DNA of 64,000 nt from an uncultured Gammaproteobacteria bacterium. GTDB taxonomy: Bacteria; Patescibacteriota; Patescibacteriia; Magasanikbacterales; UBA922. Below the pieces are notes generated by a model, which saw only the letters and a list, made by a program, of their open reading frames with translations, was not told the origin of the DNA and made no database searches. Both the position numbers and the translations under genes were made by a program. Location of the stretch: the NCBI GenBank assembly GCA_964522405.1, contig CAZFTR010000001.1, forward strand, positions 4,602-68,601. Direction: 5' to 3'. Below are positions 60,511-64,000 of this stretch, in pieces (position 1 is the stretch's first letter; the number at the start of each line of letters is the position of its first letter).

Positions 60511-61383
60511 CTAAACTGCTATATCAAATGAAATTCTTGGATAGCTTTCATATCCTGTTTTTTTGGTGTCGCTTGCTTGCCAATCAAATATTGAAGTGAA
60601 ATTTTCTGTTTTGATTTTGCAAAGAGGGTATTTATCTGGATCGCGACTAAGCTGTTCTCTGGCTCCCTCTACATGGTTGCTGTAAATATGTACATCTCCT
60701 AAAAATCCAACCAGTTTTCCTTCTTCTAATCCTGCTTCTTTGGCAAGTAAGTGGAGGAGGATTGCATAGCTCGCTATATTAAAGGGTAGGCCAAGCATAA
60801 CATCTACTGATCTCTGGTTCCAAAGCAAATTTAATTTACCATCGATTACTGTAACTTGAAAACAATAATGACATGGTGGAAGCGCCATTTGATCAAGCAT
60901 GCTTGGATTCCAAGCATTTACTATCATTCTTCTGCTACTCGGGTCTTTTTTAAGTAATTCTATTAAGTTTTTTAGTTGGTCCACGCCCTTTCCAGTGTAG
61001 TCTGTGTCATAATTTTCATAATTTCCATTGAAATGTCTCCATTGAAATCCATAGACAGCTCCAAGATCTCGCTCTTCTGCCATTTTTTGTTTTGTTTCTT
61101 CGTCATGCGCATAAGGAACTTTTTTTGGATTACACCATTCGTCCCAAATATGACATTTTCGTTCTTTGAGCCATTCTTTGTCTGTAATTCCTTTTATAAA
61201 AAATTCTAACTCTGTGGCAACAATCTTAAAAGGCATTTTTTTGGTAGTGAGAAGTGGAAAACCTCTACTCATGTCATGTTCAAACATGGCTCCTGCAATA
61301 GCAATAGTTCCGGTTCCAGTACGGTCGGATTTTTCTACTCCTGTTTCTAGGATTTTTCGTACTATGTCTAGGTAGGTTTTCAT
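60511..61383 (-). CDS. thyA: Thymidylate synthase
   Basis: MALPPCH, QRSVD..LGLPFNIASY, HIYSNH. Confidence 0.97.
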   Translation of the reverse strand: MKTYLDIVRKILETGVEKSDRTGTGTIAIAGAMFEHDMSRGFPLLTTKKMPFKIVATELEFFIKGITDKEWLKERKCHIWDEWCNPKKVPYAHDEETKQKMAEERDLGAVYGFQWRHFNGNYENYDTDYTGKGVDQLKNLIELLKKDPSSRRMIVNAWNPSMLDQMALPPCHYCFQVTVIDGKLNLLWNQRSVDVMLGLPFNIASYAILLHLLAKEAGLEEGKLVGFLGDVHIYSNHVEGAREQLSRDPDKYPLCKIKTENFTSIFDWQASDTKKTGYESYPRISFDIAV

Positions 61384-61385
61384 AT

Positions 61386-61832
61386 TTACGGATTGTTATT
61401 TAGAAGTCCTTCTATATGTTTTTTTTCTGCTGCTAATAATTTGAGTTCTACTCTATATTCATCGTACTCTTGGTCTAGCTCAGCTTTTTTATCAGTATTT
61501 GTTTGTGCGGTTCTTTCTTGGTCTATTTTTGTTTGTTTTTCTTCCATTTCTGCTATGCGTTCTTCAAATTCAGCAAGCTGTTTCCCGAGTTCTTCTGTGC
61601 ATATTGTTGGATTGCCAGTATTGATATCACAATAAAGATTTCTACGATCTTTTCTTAATTCTCGCCAGTAGCTGTGCATTCTTGATTTGTTATTTCTAAC
61701 TTCCTCTGGCTTTTTCTGCCTAAAAGGATTTCTGTCGTGCAATTTTCTCTCTATCCTTTTTCCTAGATTTGGTCTTTTCCCAATTTCTAAGGCTTTGCCG
61801 GCTGTAAATTGTTTTCTTGATGCTTCAGACAT
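61386..61832 (-). CDS. Coiled-coil hypothetical protein within the dTTP operon
   Basis: Likely start MSEASRK 1 nt after the dut stop; ends 2 nt before thyA. Confidence 0.65.
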   Translation of the reverse strand: MSEASRKQFTAGKALEIGKRPNLGKRIERKLHDRNPFRQKKPEEVRNNKSRMHSYWRELRKDRRNLYCDINTGNPTICTEELGKQLAEFEERIAEMEEKQTKIDQERTAQTNTDKKAELDQEYDEYRVELKLLAAEKKHIEGLLNNNP

Positions 61833-61833
61833 A

Positions 61834-62259
61834 TTAAAACATTCCTGTGCTTCCATATTTTCCATCTCCTCTTGAGCTATCATTTAATGTTTCGACTTCT
61901 TCTAGCTCAGCTATCGCGACTGGAAATATTATTAATTGGGCAATTTTCTGCCCTTTTTTTATTTCTACCGGTTTTTTTGTAAAATTTGTTAATATTACAT
62001 TATATTCTCCTCGATAGCCTGCATCATATACTCCTCCTGATGTTTTCATGCCTGACTTTGCCATTCCGCTTTTATCTTTTACTATGGCTGCATAACCCTC
62101 TTCAAATTCTAGTGCAAAGCCACAACCGAACACTTCTCTTTCTCCTGGTTCAATAACTGTATCTTTTTCTATTGAATACATGTCCAGCCCCACATCTCCA
62201 GGATGAGCATAATTCGGTAGTTTTGTGTCTGGATGTAATTTTTTTATTTTAATTTTCAT
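61834..62259 (-). CDS. dut: dUTP diphosphatase
   Basis: GDVGLD, GVYDAGYRGE, KIAQL, RGDGKYGSTG. Confidence 0.93.
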   Translation of the reverse strand: MKIKIKKLHPDTKLPNYAHPGDVGLDMYSIEKDTVIEPGEREVFGCGFALEFEEGYAAIVKDKSGMAKSGMKTSGGVYDAGYRGEYNVILTNFTKKPVEIKKGQKIAQLIIFPVAIAELEEVETLNDSSRGDGKYGSTGMF

Positions 62260-62281
62260 ATGTTGTTTTGACTTTTTGCGT

Positions 62282-62393
62282 TTGATTTTTTCTCTAAATC
62301 CTCCTTCGCCGTCCTCGGTTCTATTGTTGATCTGCTTTCAGCATCAACAATGTGCCTGCGGATTGTCTCATGATTTTTTAGAGAAAAAATCAA
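62282..62393. repeat. 68-nt structured core (62304-62371) inside about 20-bp inverted arms, copy 3
   Basis: Arms TTGATTTTTTCTCTAAA / TTTAGAGAAAAAATCAA. Confidence 0.9.
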
Positions 62394-62476
62394 TATAATT
62401 CATAAATTTATTCTACTACACATTTCAGAGATCAAATATAGATCTTTCAGCTATCTCCGAAGATGGATGCCCTGCG

Positions 62477-63040
62477 TTACGAGTTGTTGGCTTTATATTT
62501 GCCAATTATTTTTTCAATTTTTGCATAAAATTCTTCAAAGTCTCCAGTATTTTCTATAATATGATCTGCAATCTTAAATGATTCTCTAATTTTCCTTTCT
62601 GTCTCCTGATTGCATTCTTTTTGAAATTGTTCAAATGTCTTGTTTTGATCATCTGGATTTTCTGAACGCTGAGTTAGTCTCTCATATCTTGTTTTTTCAT
62701 CAAGATCAATGGCGATCAATATAAAGCCTGGAATTTCTTTGAGATATTCAACATCTGTTGGTCTTCTGATTCCTTCTGTAATGATAATTTTTGCGTCAGA
62801 TAGTTCTACGTCTTTGGCAAGTACTTTTGACATAATATCTTCACCATAGGTTCCTCGAAGAAATGTAGAAAGTGACTGCATATTGGTTCGGTTTTTTTCT
62901 ACATGAACTCTATCAAGTATATCACGAAGCATATCTGAAAAACGGAACGAAATCGCTCCGTATTTTTGTTTTATATAATCTGATGCTGTGGTTTTTCCTG
63001 ATGCAATTTCACCGGTTATTCCAATTATTAGTTTTTCCAT
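62477..63040 (-). CDS. P-loop nucleotide kinase (dephospho-CoA/NMP kinase-like)
   Basis: IIGITGEIASGKTT, EGIRR, ADHIIENTG. Confidence 0.8.
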   Translation of the reverse strand: MEKLIIGITGEIASGKTTASDYIKQKYGAISFRFSDMLRDILDRVHVEKNRTNMQSLSTFLRGTYGEDIMSKVLAKDVELSDAKIIITEGIRRPTDVEYLKEIPGFILIAIDLDEKTRYERLTQRSENPDDQNKTFEQFQKECNQETERKIRESFKIADHIIENTGDFEEFYAKIEKIIGKYKANNS

Positions 63041-63041
63041 A

Positions 63042-63518
63042 TTATTTTTTTCTTTCAAAATCACAACTATATTGTCGGTATTTTATTCCAGCTGCATCCA
63101 TAAGTCTTTTGGCTGCTATAAAAGCAGGTTGGCCGTCATACTTGTTGCTTTCGTATATTACTTCTTTTATTCCATTTTGGATTAAGGCCTTGGTGCATTC
63201 GTTGCAAGGAAAAAGTGTGCTGTATATTTTGCAATTAGTGGTGTCATTGTTGGAATTATAAACTGCGTTTTCCTCGGCATGACAGACATAAGCATATTTG
63301 GTATCTTGGTACTCTCCTTCACGCTCCCAAGGAAATTCTTCTTCACTAATTCCTCTTGGAAAGCCATTGTATCCTAGCCCAACCACGACATTGTTTTGGT
63401 CAGCTATTACTGCTCCAACTTGGCTGGAAGGGTCTTTGGAGCGCTCTGCAATGACATGGGCCATGCGCATAAAGCATTCATCCCAGGAGATATAGTTTTC
63501 ACGATATTTTATAGTCAT
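63042..63518 (-). CDS. dCMP deaminase
   Basis: RSKDPSSQVGA, HAEENA, FPCNECTK. Confidence 0.93.
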   Translation of the reverse strand: MTIKYRENYISWDECFMRMAHVIAERSKDPSSQVGAVIADQNNVVVGLGYNGFPRGISEEEFPWEREGEYQDTKYAYVCHAEENAVYNSNNDTTNCKIYSTLFPCNECTKALIQNGIKEVIYESNKYDGQPAFIAAKRLMDAAGIKYRQYSCDFERKK

Positions 63519-63605
63519 AGTAGTAAAATTATAGCAGACCATATATTTGTTGGCAAATTAAAAAAAAGCCTCAATTTCGAGGCTTTTTTAGAAGTTTTTT
63601 TGAGA

Positions 63606-64000
63606 TTATTCAATTTCAATCTTTACACTTGGGCCCATGCTGCTGGCTAGGAATATTGATTTTATAAATGTTCCTTTTACAGATGATGCTTTGGCTTTTT
63701 TTACTGTTTCTATAAATATTTCGAAGTTTTCTTTTAGTTTTGAATCTTCAAAGCTAACTTTTCCAATTACCTGATGAATATTTCCAGAGTCGTCATTTTT
63801 AAATGATGCTTTTCCTTTTTTTAGATCATCAATCATTTTCTTTACATCTTTTCCAACTGTTTCTGTTTTTGGGTTGGGCATAAGGCCTTTTGGTCCAAGA
63901 ACTTTTGCAGCAATTGCAATTTTTGGCATCATTTCCGGTGTTGCAATTGCAATATCAAATTCCACTTTTCCAGTAGTTTTGATGGTTTTGATTTCTTCTT
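63606..64000 (-). CDS. rplA: 50S ribosomal protein L1 (3' part)
   Basis: LGPKGLMPNPK, IGKVSF, SSMGPSVKI. Confidence 0.95.
   Translation of the reverse strand, partial: EEIKTIKTTGKVEFDIAIATPEMMPKIAIAAKVLGPKGLMPNPKTETVGKDVKKMIDDLKKGKASFKNDDSGNIHQVIGKVSFEDSKLKENFEIFIETVKKAKASSVKGTFIKSIFLASSMGPSVKIEIE

Overview
AT-rich bacterial chromosomal window, genetic code 11. Its gene content (S1, FtsH, GspE/PilB, baseplate-J-like, DUF5667-like, a giant LamG surface protein, many genes without an obvious SD) is typical of Patescibacteria/CPR; this assignment is an inference. Housekeeping genes: xer recombinase, trxB, rpe, rpiB, ileS, pepA, ruvA, mutM, gyrA, rpsA, ftsH, thrS, miaB, miaA, gatB, a dTTP-synthesis cluster (dCMP deaminase, dut, thyA, folA, tmk), partial rplA and tRNA-Arg(UCU). 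The unusual content is mostly non-coding or lies in GC-rich islets: (1) two tandem 'conserved structured leader - orphan ORF - long structured trailer' modules under one promoter (27.15-29.07 kb); (2) a 68-nt covarying element in three copies, each wrapped in its own locus-specific inverted repeat; (3) a 7xThr leader-peptide attenuator in front of a GCS2-like ligase, followed by a Thr T-box and thrS; (4) an integron-type cassette bounded by two attC-like sites with no integrase in view; (5) two diverged small membrane-protein genes sharing an identical 79-bp 3' element; (6) two stand-alone small-RNA candidates. All calls were made by eye, without database searches or folding software.
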